A DNA stretch of 64,000 nt, taken from positions 8,370,001 to 8,434,000 of the forward strand of contig NC_043009.1 in NCBI RefSeq assembly GCF_006345805.1. Reading direction: 5' to 3'. Of this stretch, positions 25,545 to 39,068 are shown piece after piece; positions within the stretch are counted from its first letter, which is position 1, and each line of letters begins with the position of its first letter. Origin of the DNA: Octopus sinensis (Eukaryota). Under the pieces are notes generated by a model. That model did no database searches. It saw nothing but the letters and a program-made list of their open reading frames with translations, and had not been told where the DNA came from. Made by a program: the position numbers and the translations under genes.

Positions 25545-26677
25545 TATTGGGTCATCCCATAAGTAATACAGTTTTTTTCAGTTGCATGAACTAAAAGTCA
25601 TAGGAGGACGGGATAAACTACCTGCATCAACTTGCTATAAAAGTAGGTAGTAATTTTACCTTTTACTTATTCTTAGTGCAAGTTTTGAAGAGTGCAGTTC
25701 GATTTTTAACAGTTATTTTTTTCAAAGCTATAATGGAAGTGACAAAGCATATTCAACATATTTTGCTTTATGAGTTCAATAAAGGCAACAATGCAACAGA
25801 AAGTGCAAGGAATATTAATGCAGTATATGGGGATTGGACAATAAGTGTAAGCCACTGTCAATGGTAGTTCTAGAAATTCTGAGCCAGAAACTACAGCCGA
25901 GAAGACAAGCCTCATCCTGGAAGGTCTGTAGAGCACGATAAGGACATCCTGCAAACCTTGGTGGAACAAAATCCCATTGTAACTGTTGAGGAACTAGCAG
26001 AGAAGCTTGGATTTGGTCATTCAACCATTCATCAACACCTGCATGCCATCTTTGCTGTAACATCTCATGAATGAAACTTTTTTTGGACCGAATAGTGACT
26101 GGTGACGAGAAATGGGTTCTCTATAAAAATGTCAAGCACCAGGCTAAAGAAGGTCTTCACCCATGTAAGATGTTGTTATCTGTTTGGTAGCATATGAAAG
26201 GTTTAGTCCACTTTGAACTTTTAAACCCAAACCAAACGATAACAAAGAAAATCTACTACAAGCAGTTCAAGTGGCTTAAATCAGCACTAGAAGGAAAACA
26301 ACCATCTTTGGTTTCAAGACAAAAGGTGTTCTTTCATCAGGATAATGCTCAGCCACATAAAGCGAAGATGATATTCCAAAGTCTGGAGCTTTTTGAAAGG
26401 GAAATGATTCCCCCACCTACCATATTCACCAGACATTGCTCCATCAGATTATTATTTATTCCACAATCTTTAAAATCATTTGGATGGAAAAAATATGAAT
26501 TCTGTAGACGAGGTCAGAACAGTAGTGGAGGAGTATTTTTCATCATGGACAAGTGAATTTTGGAAGAGGGGCCTTGCAAGTCTAGCAGATAGATGGAAGA
26601 GCATTGTAGAAAATGAAGGAGAGTATATTTTTAGACTAAAAAAGAACTTTGTTTATCTTAATTTTGAAATATATAAG
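25545..26677 (+). mobile_element. Decayed mariner (DD34D) transposon; transposase pseudogene ~25733-26638
   Basis: TA-ttgggtcatcccataagt TIR; MEVTKHIQHILLYEFNKG, IVTGDEKW, FHQDNAQPH, YSPDIAPSDYYLF, RWKSIVENEGEY, with stops, frameshifts and deletions. Confidence 0.92.
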
Positions 26678-27409
26678 TGGTTTTTTATACTTCTTTTATT
26701 TATTATTTTATACACACACACACACATATTGTTATATATATATATAAATGTTATATTGTTTTATTTTGTTTACTGTATATATATATTTTATATATGTGTG
26801 TATATATATATATACACACATATATATTATCAGTTTTGCACATATATATACACATATATATTATCAGTTTTGCATGTATTTCTACTTATTCTGTTTATGT
26901 TGATAGATTGGCTTTATTTTTGAATGAGTAAGTAAAGTAATGTCTCTTATCTAATGGCACATTGCAGTGTTGGTATCAAGGTTATTTCAATATATAAATT
27001 TTTTTTTCTCCACAGGTGGATTTGTTATGCAAATTCAGGTGTTCACTTACTTGTATAAATGCCTCTAGCTGACTCATTTACACATGGATGCCATCGCTAA
27101 TCACATTCAGTCAATCATGAAATGAAGGTGATATATATTTCAGCTAAATATACTTCACGTATAGCTACGTTGTTTAGAAGTTCTCTTTGTAAGTTCATGG
27201 CTTTTGGTTCAATCTCCATGCGTGGCACTTTGCGTAAATGTTTGCTGCTTTATTCAAGGCCATCACCCAAAGGTGATGTTTTTAAATAAGGGTGCCTTGG
27301 ATTGCATTAGAGAAGACTGCACTATTGCTTTTATTTGAACCAGGTTTCCAGTTTGAGGATCATATTCTACCTCCTGTGTCAGAACCCTGGAAAGGGTTAT
27401 AGATATTGT

Positions 27410-27990
27410 GTTGTGGTCATGCTGGGGCACCGCTGTTTTGGGTTTTAATTGAACAAATTTAGCCCAGTCCCTTTTTTTTACCTTATACCTGGTACTTATG
27501 TTGATCTCTTGCACTGTGTCACTAAGTTACAGGAAAATAAACAAACCAACATAGGTTGTCAAGTGATGGTGAGGAACAAACATTCACACACACACACACA
27601 CAAACACACACACTATGGACTTCTTTCAGTTTCCATCTGCCAAATCCACTCACAAAGCTTTGGTCAGTCCAGGGCCAAGGAGTTACACAGTGGGACTGAA
27701 CCCAAAACCATGTAGTTGAAAAGCAGATTCATACCTATTTCTTTACTACCCACAAGGGGACAAACACAGAGAGGACAAACAAGGACAGACAAATGGATTA
27801 AGTCGATTGTATCGACCCCAGTGCGCAACTGGTACTTATTTAATCAACCCCGAAAGGATGAAAGGCAAAGTTGACCTCGGCAGAACTTGAGCTCAAAACA
27901 TAATGGCAGACGAAATACAGTTACGCATTTCGCCTGGTGTGCTAACGTTTCTGCCAGGTCACCGCCTTAAAAAGCAGATTCATACCACAC
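27410..27990 (-). mobile_element. SINE A copy interrupted by a SINE B (27736-27968)
   Basis: 17-bp TSD aaaagcagattcatacc flanks the SINE B. Confidence 0.85.
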
Positions 27991-28577
27991 AACAACACCA
28001 ACACTTGGTGACCTTAAATTTTTTATATATATGTATGTGTGTGTAAAATATCTAATCCATAACTGTTAGCCCAGCAAAATATATTTTATCAGACTAACAA
28101 TTATGGATTAAATATTTTATTCATTCTCAGAGTTACCTTTGAGTGCTTTATTCTAAGTGGCCAGACATAGCTTCTTTTAAACTTGTCATTCTTTGGCACA
28201 CACACACACACACACAAGATTGAGAGAATTTTGAGAATCATCACTCATTTGTTATAGATTTCTGTTCACCTCTGAACCATTTAAGTGTATTAGAACCAGT
28301 CACTGATCTCTCTGCAACTTTTATCTTTGTTATCTAAAAATTGCTATTGCTGTTGTTGTTTAACCCAAGTCAGTCTTGATTGAACAGACTTGTAATCCAA
28401 GACATTCCAGCCATGACTATCTTGTCCTTCTTTGGTGTGTCTAGAATCTCCTCATCCAGTTTGTCCTTCTTTGATTTGGCTGAAATTTCTTGATTCTCTC
28501 AACAACGAGTTTTTTATTGATGGTGGTGGGGGTCCCCTGTCTCTGAAAATAAATAAAATAATCTTGTAGAAGCTACA

Positions 28578-28945
28578 ACATGGCTGTGTGGTTAAGAAGC
28601 TCACTTTGCAACCACATGGGTTTCGAGTTCAGCCTCACTGCACAGCACCTTGGGCGAGTGTCTTCTATAACCCCAGATTGATCAATCACTTGTTAGTGAA
28701 TTTTATTGGCAGAAACTGTGTTGAGCCTCTCATATGTGTGTGTTTGTGTTTGTTCCCCACCATCTCTTGGCAACCAGTATCGGTTTGTTTACATTCTCAT
28801 AATTTATTGGTTTGGCAAAAGAGGCCAGTAGAATAAGTATCAAGCTTAAAAATAAGTACTGGGGGAAATTTGTTTGACTAAAGCTTATAAGGCATTGCCC
28901 CAGCATGGCCACAGTCCAATTACTGAACAATTAAAAGACAAAAGA
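28578..28945 (+). mobile_element. SINE family A-related (old copy)
   Basis: Diverged head, body and tail motifs. Confidence 0.7.
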
Positions 28946-29469
28946 ACAACACTAATAACAGAATCATTAATATGTTGCAAAATACTTAATTGTATTTCAT
29001 TTGTCTTTATGTTCTGAGTTCAAATTCCACTGTGGTCAACTTTGCCTTTCATTCTCTCAGGATCAATAGAATAAGTAGCAGTTGAGCCCTGGGGTCAATG
29101 TAACCAACTTATCCTTCCCCAGAAATTGCTGGCCTTGTGCCACAATTTGGTTTTTATTGATCTTTTGAACATTAAAAGGAATTATTAGCAACCCCTATAA
29201 TGTATTTTTTTCATGAGCTGGTGGAAAAGGTCTATATGTTCACTAGCCTTACTAGAAATAACAGCTAAATCTCCATCAAATGTCCTTCGAATACTACTTC
29301 CTTAGAATACAATGGACACAATGAATAATATAACTCTACAGTAAATCCAGTTTGGAGAAGCAAGATGAAGCAGTCATGGCTTTTATGCTTTTGATTGTAG
29401 TTTTGTCCAATCAATGATGACCTGGGGTTAGACAATGACAATGTGTTACTTAGGTCAAAAGGCCATATC

Positions 29470-30760
29470 AAGAGTAGGTGGTAATATCTTTAATATGAAG
29501 AGAGATCTATTCTTTCAGATATCCCATAAGCAACTATGGAAATCTTGTGTCTTCAGAAGCCCCAAGGCCAGAAAGTTACATATAGACTGTAAATTTGCTT
29601 CTGATGTACAATGCTGTCTCATTACAGCATATCTAATATATTCTACAACACTCATAGTTCTTTTAGGGTCTTGCAAACTGGGGTTGATAGAGTGTAGATC
29701 ATTAATATAAGAGTTTACTGAACAATCAGGAGGGCAATGACCTCTTCTCTCTTTTTCTGGGCCTAAATTGCATCCTTTGTCATTCAAGACACTTAATTTC
29801 ATCCTCATCATCAGTTAACGTCCACTTTCCATGCTAGCATGGGTTGGACGATTTGACTGAGGGCTGGCGAACCAAATGGCTGCACCAGGTTCCAATCTGA
29901 TCTGGTAGAGTTTCTACAGCTGGATGCCCTTCCTAACACCAACCACTCTGAGATTGTAGTAGATGCTTTTACATGCCACCGGCATGAGGGCCAGTCAGGC
30001 GGTACTGGCAACAGCCAAGCTCAAATGGTGTTTTTACGTGCCACCTGCACAGGAGCCAGCACAAGACCCAAAAGGCGATACTAGTAACGATCATGCTCAA
30101 ATGGTGCTTTTTTTCAAATGGTTTATTCATAAAAGGGAAGGGGTATACCTATGATGTTTTCAAAGACTTCTGAGATTGGTATGGAGGGTGGTATGGAGGG
30201 AGGAAAAGAAACCATATAATTATGGAGTTACTGTAGTAGGGGCTCAGGATATTGGTCTGAATACTTGTGACACAGTAAAAAAAAAGTGCTCAGGGAACAA
30301 GTGGTGCTTTATAAAATGGCCAGAAATCAGAAGAGATGATGAAGAAATCAAAAACTTTTATAACCAGCTGCAAATGAGAAAGCTAGTCTCAGAACTTTTG
30401 AAGGAAAAGTGTACAAGAAGAAAATGAGGGGATTAACTTGGGAAGGACTTCAGATTTAATACTGAAGGTTAAATACCAGTCAATTGATTTAGTAAGCAGG
30501 GCTTCAAGTCAGTGAGGGGTGGGGATCGATGTGCTACAAAGTGTCATGTGGAAAGCTTGAAAATGGTGTGCATTCTCTCATGATGATCTCTGAAGCCTGT
30601 TGGTGTCAGGTTTGTGGAGCTTTCAGTTGGCAGCACTTGCATAAACAAGCTGTTTGCATGTATTTTTAGCTTGCAGTTCTGGATTTAACCTTTGCTACAT
30701 GTATATAGCTAGAAAGGATTAAGTTCCACTAAATATATTTGTTCTAAGATGTATGAAGAC
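29470..30760 (-). mobile_element. CR1/L2-type LINE RT remnant split by a family D insertion (29805-30112)
   Basis: Minus-strand PFYK, FRPIS and SYINDL motifs in RT order. Confidence 0.45.
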
Positions 30761-31547
30761 AATATATGAAGATAATGTCTTCAATTGTTGCTGTTGTTTA
30801 GTTACAGGCTAGCTCTAATCAAACAGACTTATGATTTTGATCAAAAGCATTCCAAACATGACCATCCCATCTTGATGTACTTTACAGACTATATTGTCTA
30901 CTTTGTTCAGTTTAGTATTTCCTTCTTTAAGACCACAGATTATGATTTGTGGGAAATTTTGCTGCTATTTCTAGCAATACAGGAAATGCAGTTTCTCATT
31001 GAGTTGATGGCTTTAGTGATCTCTCTTCCTCTCTCCCTCCACCTCTCCACCCATAATACTCCCTTGAAACCTCTACCCACCTACCCACACTTCTGGTCCC
31101 TCTGTCCCATACACTTCTACTCATTTTATTATCGTGAGGCTCCACCCTGATACCTCATCATCACTATTTTGATCTTTTTCCAGCTCCATCCAATCACTTC
31201 CACCCTCTCATCTAAAACTGAGTAATCATGTCACCCATCCACACTGAGAAACCAGTTCTGTTCTGGCCATTTTCCCAATGTGCTTACCCTCATTTTCTAG
31301 TGTAAAGCTTCTCCTTTAAGTATTCAGTCTCACAAGCTGCATAGTGACCTCACTAGTGCCAGTGACACAAAAGAAGGCACCCAGTACATGCCGTAAGTTG
31401 GTTGATGTTAGGAAGGGTGTCCAGCCACAGAAACCATGCCAAGGCAGACACTGGAGCACTGTGCAGTCTTTGAGCCCATTGGATCCTGTGAATTAGTCCA
31501 GCCCTTGCCAGCATAGAATATGGATGTTAAATAAGAATTAAATATAT

Positions 31548-31983
31548 CATTTAACGTCCGCTTTCCATGTTAGCATGGGTTGGACGGTTCGACCATGGTC
31601 TGGGAAGCCAGGAGGCTGCACCAGGCTCCAGTCTGATCTGGCAGTGTTTCTACAGCTAGATGCCCTTCCTAATGCCAACCAACATCATTCGAACATGATT
31701 GATGCCAGTGCCCCCCAACTGGCTCCTGTGCCAGTGGCACATAAAAAGCAGCATCCAAAATGTGGCCAATGCCAGTGCCGCCTGACTGGCTCCCATGCTA
31801 GTGGCATGTAAAAAGCATCTACTACAATCTCAGAGTGGTTGGCGTTAGGAAAGGCATCCAGCTGTAGAAACCTTGCCAGATCAGATTCGAGCCTGGTGTA
31901 GCCTACTGGTTTGCCAGTCCTCAGTCAAACTGTCTAACCCATGCCAGCATGGAAAACGGACGTTAAATGATGATGATGATGAT
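31548..31983. mobile_element. Two family D elements head-to-head, forming an inverted pair
   Basis: 31548-31680 is the reverse complement of 31837-31969. Confidence 0.85.
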
Positions 31984-32349
31984 ACACATACCTACATTTA
32001 TACAATTGAGTTTGATTCTCTTTGGAGTTGCATAATTATGATGATTAGGTGAAAGCAGCAGAGTTTATTTGCCCACAAATACACTAGACATCAAAACAAA
32101 TAGCAGAAGATATCTAATCCATCACTTTACTGTTTATACCAGTCCAGCTCCTTCATCTTAACAGCTACAAATTATGGAGTAAATTTGTAGTTTTAATTTA
32201 CTTTAAAAATCAAAACTGCAGCTTGATATATTTTGCAAATAAGTTTCCTCTGTGTGTGTGTGTGTGTGTGTGTGTACATACATATACAGATGTATGTGTG
32301 TATAGAAATGTTTACATAGATTTCTATGTGTATACACCACACATGAAGT

Positions 32350-33860
32350 AATGTATATATATGTATATATGTATATATATATGTATATATGTATGTATAT
32401 ATATATGTATATATATATATATATGATGATGATGTATATATGTATATATTATATATGTATATATATGTATATATGTATATATATTATGTATATATATATA
32501 TATGTATATATATATGTATATATATATGTGTATATATATATGTGTATATATATATATATATATGTAGATATATATATATGTATATGTATATGTATATATA
32601 TATATATGTATAATATGTATATATATATGTATTGTATATATATATGATATATATATATATGATATGTATATATGTATATGTATATGTATATATGTATATA
32701 TATATATATATATGTATAATATATATGTATATATTATGTATATATATGTATATGTATGTATATATGTATATTATATATATGTATATTATATATATGTATA
32801 TATAATGTATATATATATAGTATATATATATATATATATGTATATTATATATATATATATGTATATATATATATTATATATGTATATATTGTATATATAT
32901 ATATGTATATATTATATATGTATATGTTATGTATATATATATATATTATATGTATATGTATAATATATATATATATATGTATATATAATATGTATATATA
33001 TATAGTATATATGTATATAATATATATATGTATATATAATATGTATATATATATGTATATATGTATATATAATATGTATATATATATAATATATGTATAT
33101 GTATTATATATATATAATGTATATATGTATATATATATGTATATATGATATATATATATATATTATATATATATATATGTAGATATATATATATGTATTA
33201 TATGTATATATATATGTATATATGTATATATATATGTATATATGTATATAATATATGTATATATATATATATATATATGTATATGTAATATATATATATA
33301 TTATATATATATATGTATATATATGTATATATATATATATGTGTGTATATGTATATATATATGTATATATGTATATATGTGTATATGTATATATATGTAT
33401 ATAATATATTATATATATGTATAATATATATATGTATATATGTATATGTATATATATATAATATGTATATGTATATATAATATATATATATATATATATG
33501 TATAGTATATATATATATAATGTATATATGTATATGTATATTGTATATATATGTATATGTATAGATGTATATGTATATATATATATGTATATGTATATGT
33601 ATATATATATGTATATGTATAGATGTATATGTATATGTATATATATATGTATATGTATAGATGTATATATATATGTATATGTATAGATGTATATGTATAT
33701 GTATATATATATGTATATGTATAGATGTATATGTATATGTATATATATATGTATATGTATAGATGTATATGTATATATATATATGTATATGTATAGATGT
33801 ATATGTATATATATATGTAAATGTATATATGTATATGTATAGATGTATATGTATGTATAT

Positions 33861-33912
<52 letters not shown>

Positions 33913-33937
33913 ATATATATATGTATTTGTATATATG
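32350..33937. repeat. ~1.6-kb (TA)n/(TATG)n microsatellite with a higher-order gtatagatgtatat unit at ~33555-33850
   Basis: Seen directly in the sequence. Confidence 0.95.
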
Positions 33938-34201
33938 CATTGGTGTGTGTTAGAGAGTAAGAGATATCTTGATGAAGAAGATATAGATATTAATCAACAT
34001 TGGAAGGAGTCAGATTAAAAAATAAAAATAGAACCAGCAATACAAATCAGTGGTCTGAAACAGATCTAATCATGATTGGATTGTCGCAGTTATATTGTTT
34101 TTATACATACATACATATATATATGAACACACATACATACATACTTACATTCGTATGTATGTATATGTATACAAGCAGTAGTTGTAAGACTAATAATAAT
34201 G

Positions 34202-34239
<38 letters not shown>

Positions 34240-34993
34240 CGTAATCGAAAATAAAACAACACAAAAGACAATTGATCAAGGTGATTGTAATACTATGATG
34301 ATAATATTAGTAGCTTCGCATAGTCAATAAACAATACAACAATATAATAACAGTAACCACAACAACAACCAATTTCACAGTTAAATATAATTTGATTTTT
34401 CTTTTTTTGTTTTTTTTTCTTTTGTTTTGTGGTTTTTTTTTTCAAACATTCGCAGCAAATAATTTTCTGTTGAATACATTTTTATTTTCGTTGTTGTCAA
34501 GGCAACCTTATATATTTTTGGATTTTTTTCTGATCTATTCTATAGAATTAAGAATAGAAAATCAATGACATTCTTTGTGTATTTGTACATATATATATAT
34601 ATATATATTTATGTGTGTGCATGCATATCTGTGTGTATATATCTATATCTGTCTATGTGTTTGTATGCATGTATGTATGCAATAAACCAAATTGTGTATG
34701 CACAAAGTTTTGTAAAGATCCATGGCCTATTGTGTGTAATCAATTGAAATATCAGATAAATCCTAAAATCTTAAACCCCAGAGAGTATTTGGGGTTGAAT
34801 TGGAGAAATATTCCTTGAAGCTGGAATATATTTAGAAAAGAATCTTCTATACCACTAACAAGAAAAGATCAGGGTTCTAACTATTAATATTGAGCAAGGC
34901 GTGCCTGACATATGACTCACAGACCAGGTCTTGCCCTTGGCTCAATTTTATAAATCAAAATTATTGTTTTTAAATTCTTAAGTATTCTGTAAT

Positions 34994-35294
34994 ATCACCG
35001 TGATCACCATGACCAACCAGGCTATCAGATGTTGCTACACATCGCTGGTCACAATGCACTTCACATTGTTTTAGCCTTCAAATGGCACCACCCCGTTGGC
35101 TAGGCAAGCAGGCCAACAGAAGAAAGAGTGAGAGAAAGTTGTGGCGAAAGAGTACAGCAGGGACCGTCCCCTGCCCGAGCCTTGTGGAGCTTTAGGTGTT
35201 TTTGCTCAATAAACACTCACAACACCTGGTCTGGGAATCGAAACCGCAATCCTATGACCGCGAATCTGCTGCCCTAACCACTAGGCCATTGCCT
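34994..35294 (-). mobile_element. SINE family C
   Basis: Matches 15694-16000. Confidence 0.85.
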
Positions 35295-35369
35295 ATAATA
35301 TATTATGTAGTCAATAAAACATGTAGCAGAAAAGAAGCACACCCTGAAGAATAAAGCAGTAATTATTAA

Positions 35370-35492
35370 AATAAAAAGTTAAATTCTGGTTGAAGGTTTT
35401 TTTTTTTTTGGCATAGAGTCTGTCCACAAGGTTGTGGCTTTCATGGATACAAAACCTTTGGTAACTCTATGATCAGAATTTAACTTTTTATT
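35370..35492 (+). ncRNA. Decayed hammerhead-like motif inside a foldback (family H3)
   Basis: catagagt-CTG[core deleted]-tccacaagg...ttcatggatac-AAAAC-ctttg-GTA-actctatg, with an outer 19-bp perfect stem. Confidence 0.45.
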
Positions 35493-35818
35493 GTTATATA
35501 TATATTGTTGTGTTTAGGAATGGTCATTTTGCCACTTTAGCCTATACATGCATACATACACAAACACACATACACATATACACACAAGAAGATGCTGAAA
35601 TGTTCCTAGCTTAAGGGTATCATAAAAGGTCTGGTTGCAGGCCCAACCTTCCGAGTTCTTTTACAGGGTTTAAAGAAACTGAAGGACCACTGCAATAAGT
35701 GTGTGGCATCTGAGAAGGGAATATGTTGAATAAAACTATAATTAACTGATCCTCCTGAATTTTCTTTTACCCAAAGCCAGGAACTTTTCAGCACCTCCCT
35801 TGTTTTTGTGCATGTATG

Positions 35819-35851
<33 letters not shown>

Positions 35852-37579
35852 ATCACCAACATGTCTTTTGTGTCAGAGCCTGACAAGTGTCATGATAAAC
35901 GCTGTTCCATTTCATAAAATTGGTGTACTTTAAGGAATCTTTTGTTATCTTAACCAACGAGAAAAAAAGATTATGAATCCAACCACTGAATGATGTGATT
36001 TATTCTATACATGCTACACCAAATGGAAGTTTATTTATTTATTTTTTCAAATTTATGCATGTGTTGAATGACTTCTTGTGGTTTGAACAATGTTGAAGAG
36101 ATTTGTCACTGAAGCAGTGCAAGTTTCCTTATCAAGTACTGGTGTCTTTTCAAGAATTGTATGCATTCATTTTGGACAATTTCTGTCTCCACCTTCACTC
36201 AAAGGACTCTTACTTAGCCGAACTGAATATATATAGTATGTTGATATGGTTTTCCCCACACATCTTTGCACATGACTTTGCTAATAGATAGGTGCAGGTG
36301 TGGCTGTGTGGTAAGAAGCTTGCCTCCTAACCATGTTGTTGTGGGATCAGTCTCACTACAGTCTCACTACCTTTAGTAAATGCTTTTCATTATAGCCCTA
36401 GGCCAACCAAAGTCTTGTGAGTGGATTAGGTAGATTGAACTGAAAGAAGCTCATTATATTGTTTTAGTGAAAACGGTGCATTCCTTCCCTCATGACAAAG
36501 TGGTATGAACCAGCCACTATAAATTTAGACAGTCAGTCACTGTAGGAGGTCAGTAGTAGAGTTGTTGTAGGAGTTCTCCGCTGGAGTCAGTGTCAGTTAC
36601 ATGATATACATGAGTTTGAGTTACTGTCAAGGTAGATGTTTCAAAGTTGTTGTCTTGCGGAGCTATCAGCAATAGCATAATAGACAAATCAAAGACAATA
36701 AGATGTGGAATACCACCACCACAACGTAATAGTGGCAACAAGAATATTCTTATACAATTCCTAATAATATTTAATTCTAAAAATATAAGATTTTTTTAAA
36801 ACTTCAAATGGCTCTGGGGATCCAACTGAGTAACATAGAATTCAAAGGGGCCCACAGACAAAAGACAGTTGAGGACCACTGATCTGTATTATAGATCACT
36901 TCAACTAAAAGAGCCATTTTATATAGTTAGCGCTTGGTTTTCTACAGATGTTATAACTTTTAAATTATAAACTTCCTGTACAGAATTAAAGATGACATTA
37001 ATTTTGGCAGGATTTAAGCTAAAATTGTAAACAATTAAGCCAATTTTTTCACACAGATATTGGTCTGCTTTTATCTTTTACTTGTGTCAGTCTGTGAAAT
37101 GCAGCCATGCTGGGGCACCACTTTGAAGGGTTTAGTTGAAAAAAAATCGACCTCAGTATTCATTTTTAAGTTTGGTCTCTTCTACTGAACTACTAAGTTA
37201 ACATGGATGTAAACAAGCCAGTTGTCAACCAGTGGGTGAGACAAACACAAAGATACATACACACACTCTCACATGTATTGTAATCATGTGACCAACCAGA
37301 CTATCAGATGTTGTTACACATTACTGGTCACAATACACTTTTTGCATTGTTTTAGCCTTCAAATAATGCCTTCCCGCCAGCTAGGCAAGCAGGCCAACAA
37401 TCCCCCCTGATCGAAAGAGGACTGGAGCTGTGTGAAATGAAGTGTTTTGCTCAAGAATACAATGTGCCACTCAGTCAGAGAATCGAACCCACAATCTAGC
37501 GATTATGAGTGTAACAGCCTAACCACTAGGTCATGCAACTTCATATATACATGCATACACACACACATTATATATATAG

Positions 37580-37743
37580 TAGGTGTAGGAGTGGGTGTGT
37601 GGTAAGTAGCTAGCTTACCAACCACATGGTTCTGGATTCAGTCCCACTGTATGGTACCTTGGACAAGTGTCTTCTACTATAGCCTCGAGCCGACCAAAGC
37701 CTTGTGAGTGAATTTGGTAGACAGAAACTGAAAGAAGCCCGTC

Positions 37744-37795
<52 letters not shown>

Positions 37796-38020
37796 GTGTG
37801 TGTGTGTGTGTGTGTGTATACGTTTGTGTGTCTGTGTTTGTCCCCTCAACATTGCTTGACAACCGATGCTGGTGTGTTATGTCAACCGATGCTGGTTCGG
37901 CAAAAGAGACCGATAAAATAAGTACTAGGCTTACAAAGAATAAGTTCTGGGGGTCGATTTGCTCGACTAAAGGCAGTGCTCCAGCATGGCCACAGTCAAA
38001 TGACTGAAACAAGTAAAAGA

Positions 38021-38021
<1 letters not shown>
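37580..38021 (+). mobile_element. SINE family A
   Basis: Full-length copy. Confidence 0.9.
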
Positions 38022-38088
<67 letters not shown>

Positions 38089-38292
38089 GGAGGGGCTTCT
38101 ACACAGTTTCTATTTATGAAATCCACTGACAAGGCATTGATTGGTTTGGAGGCTATTGTAGAATTTACTTGCCTGAGGTGCTGCATTGTGGTACCTTGAT
38201 GAACCTGACAATCACATAATTGCAAATGAGATTCTTAATCATACAGCCATGCCTATTTCTAGAATATTAAAATTTTCATCCTAAGCCAATCA

Positions 38293-38332
<40 letters not shown>

Positions 38333-38627
38333 TTTAAATTAAGAAGTGAAGTATTAGCTGGAGATAGATTAATTATTCAGGTAAATTTAAATTAGGAAGT
38401 TATTAGCCAAAAATAATTATAATTCAGGCTGAATAATGGTTGATATCAGGAAGGACATACAGCCATAAAAACATGCCAGAAATGTGTCTAACCCATGCCA
38501 GCATGAAAAATAAAATACAAAAAAAAAACAGATGTGATGATGATGATGATGATGATGATAAAGACTAGGAAAATTGGGAAGGTAACCAATTAATTTAGTA
38601 TATGAAAGTTTATTTATATGCATAAAT

Positions 38628-38785
38628 AGGTGCAGGAGTGGCTGTGTGGTAAGTAGCTTGCTAACCAACCACATGGTTCCAGGTTCAGTCCCACTGTGTG
38701 GCACCTTGGGCAAGTATCTATAGCCTTGGGCCAACCAAAGCCTTGTGAGTGGATTTGGTAAACAGAAACTGAAAGAAGCCCATCG

Positions 38786-38818
<33 letters not shown>

Positions 38819-39068
38819 ATATGTATGTGTGTGTATATGTTTGTATGTGTGTGTGTATACGTTTGTATGTATGTGTGTGTCCCCCGACATCGCTTGACAA
38901 CCGATGCTGGTATGTTTATGTCCCCATAACTTATCGGTTCGGCATAAGAGACTGATAGAATAAGTACTAGGTTTCTAAAGAATAAGTCCTGGGGTTGATT
39001 TGCTTGACTAAAAGTGGTGCTCCAGCATGGTCGCAGTCAAAATGACTGAAACGAATAAAAGAATAAAA
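38628..39068 (+). mobile_element. SINE family A
   Basis: Full-length copy. Confidence 0.9.

Noticed and set aside
32351-33960. Long Y/I/M/C-rich ORFs, also at 47728-49104 and 59926-60183
   Set aside because: Translations of (TA)n/(TG)n repeats, which lack stops by composition
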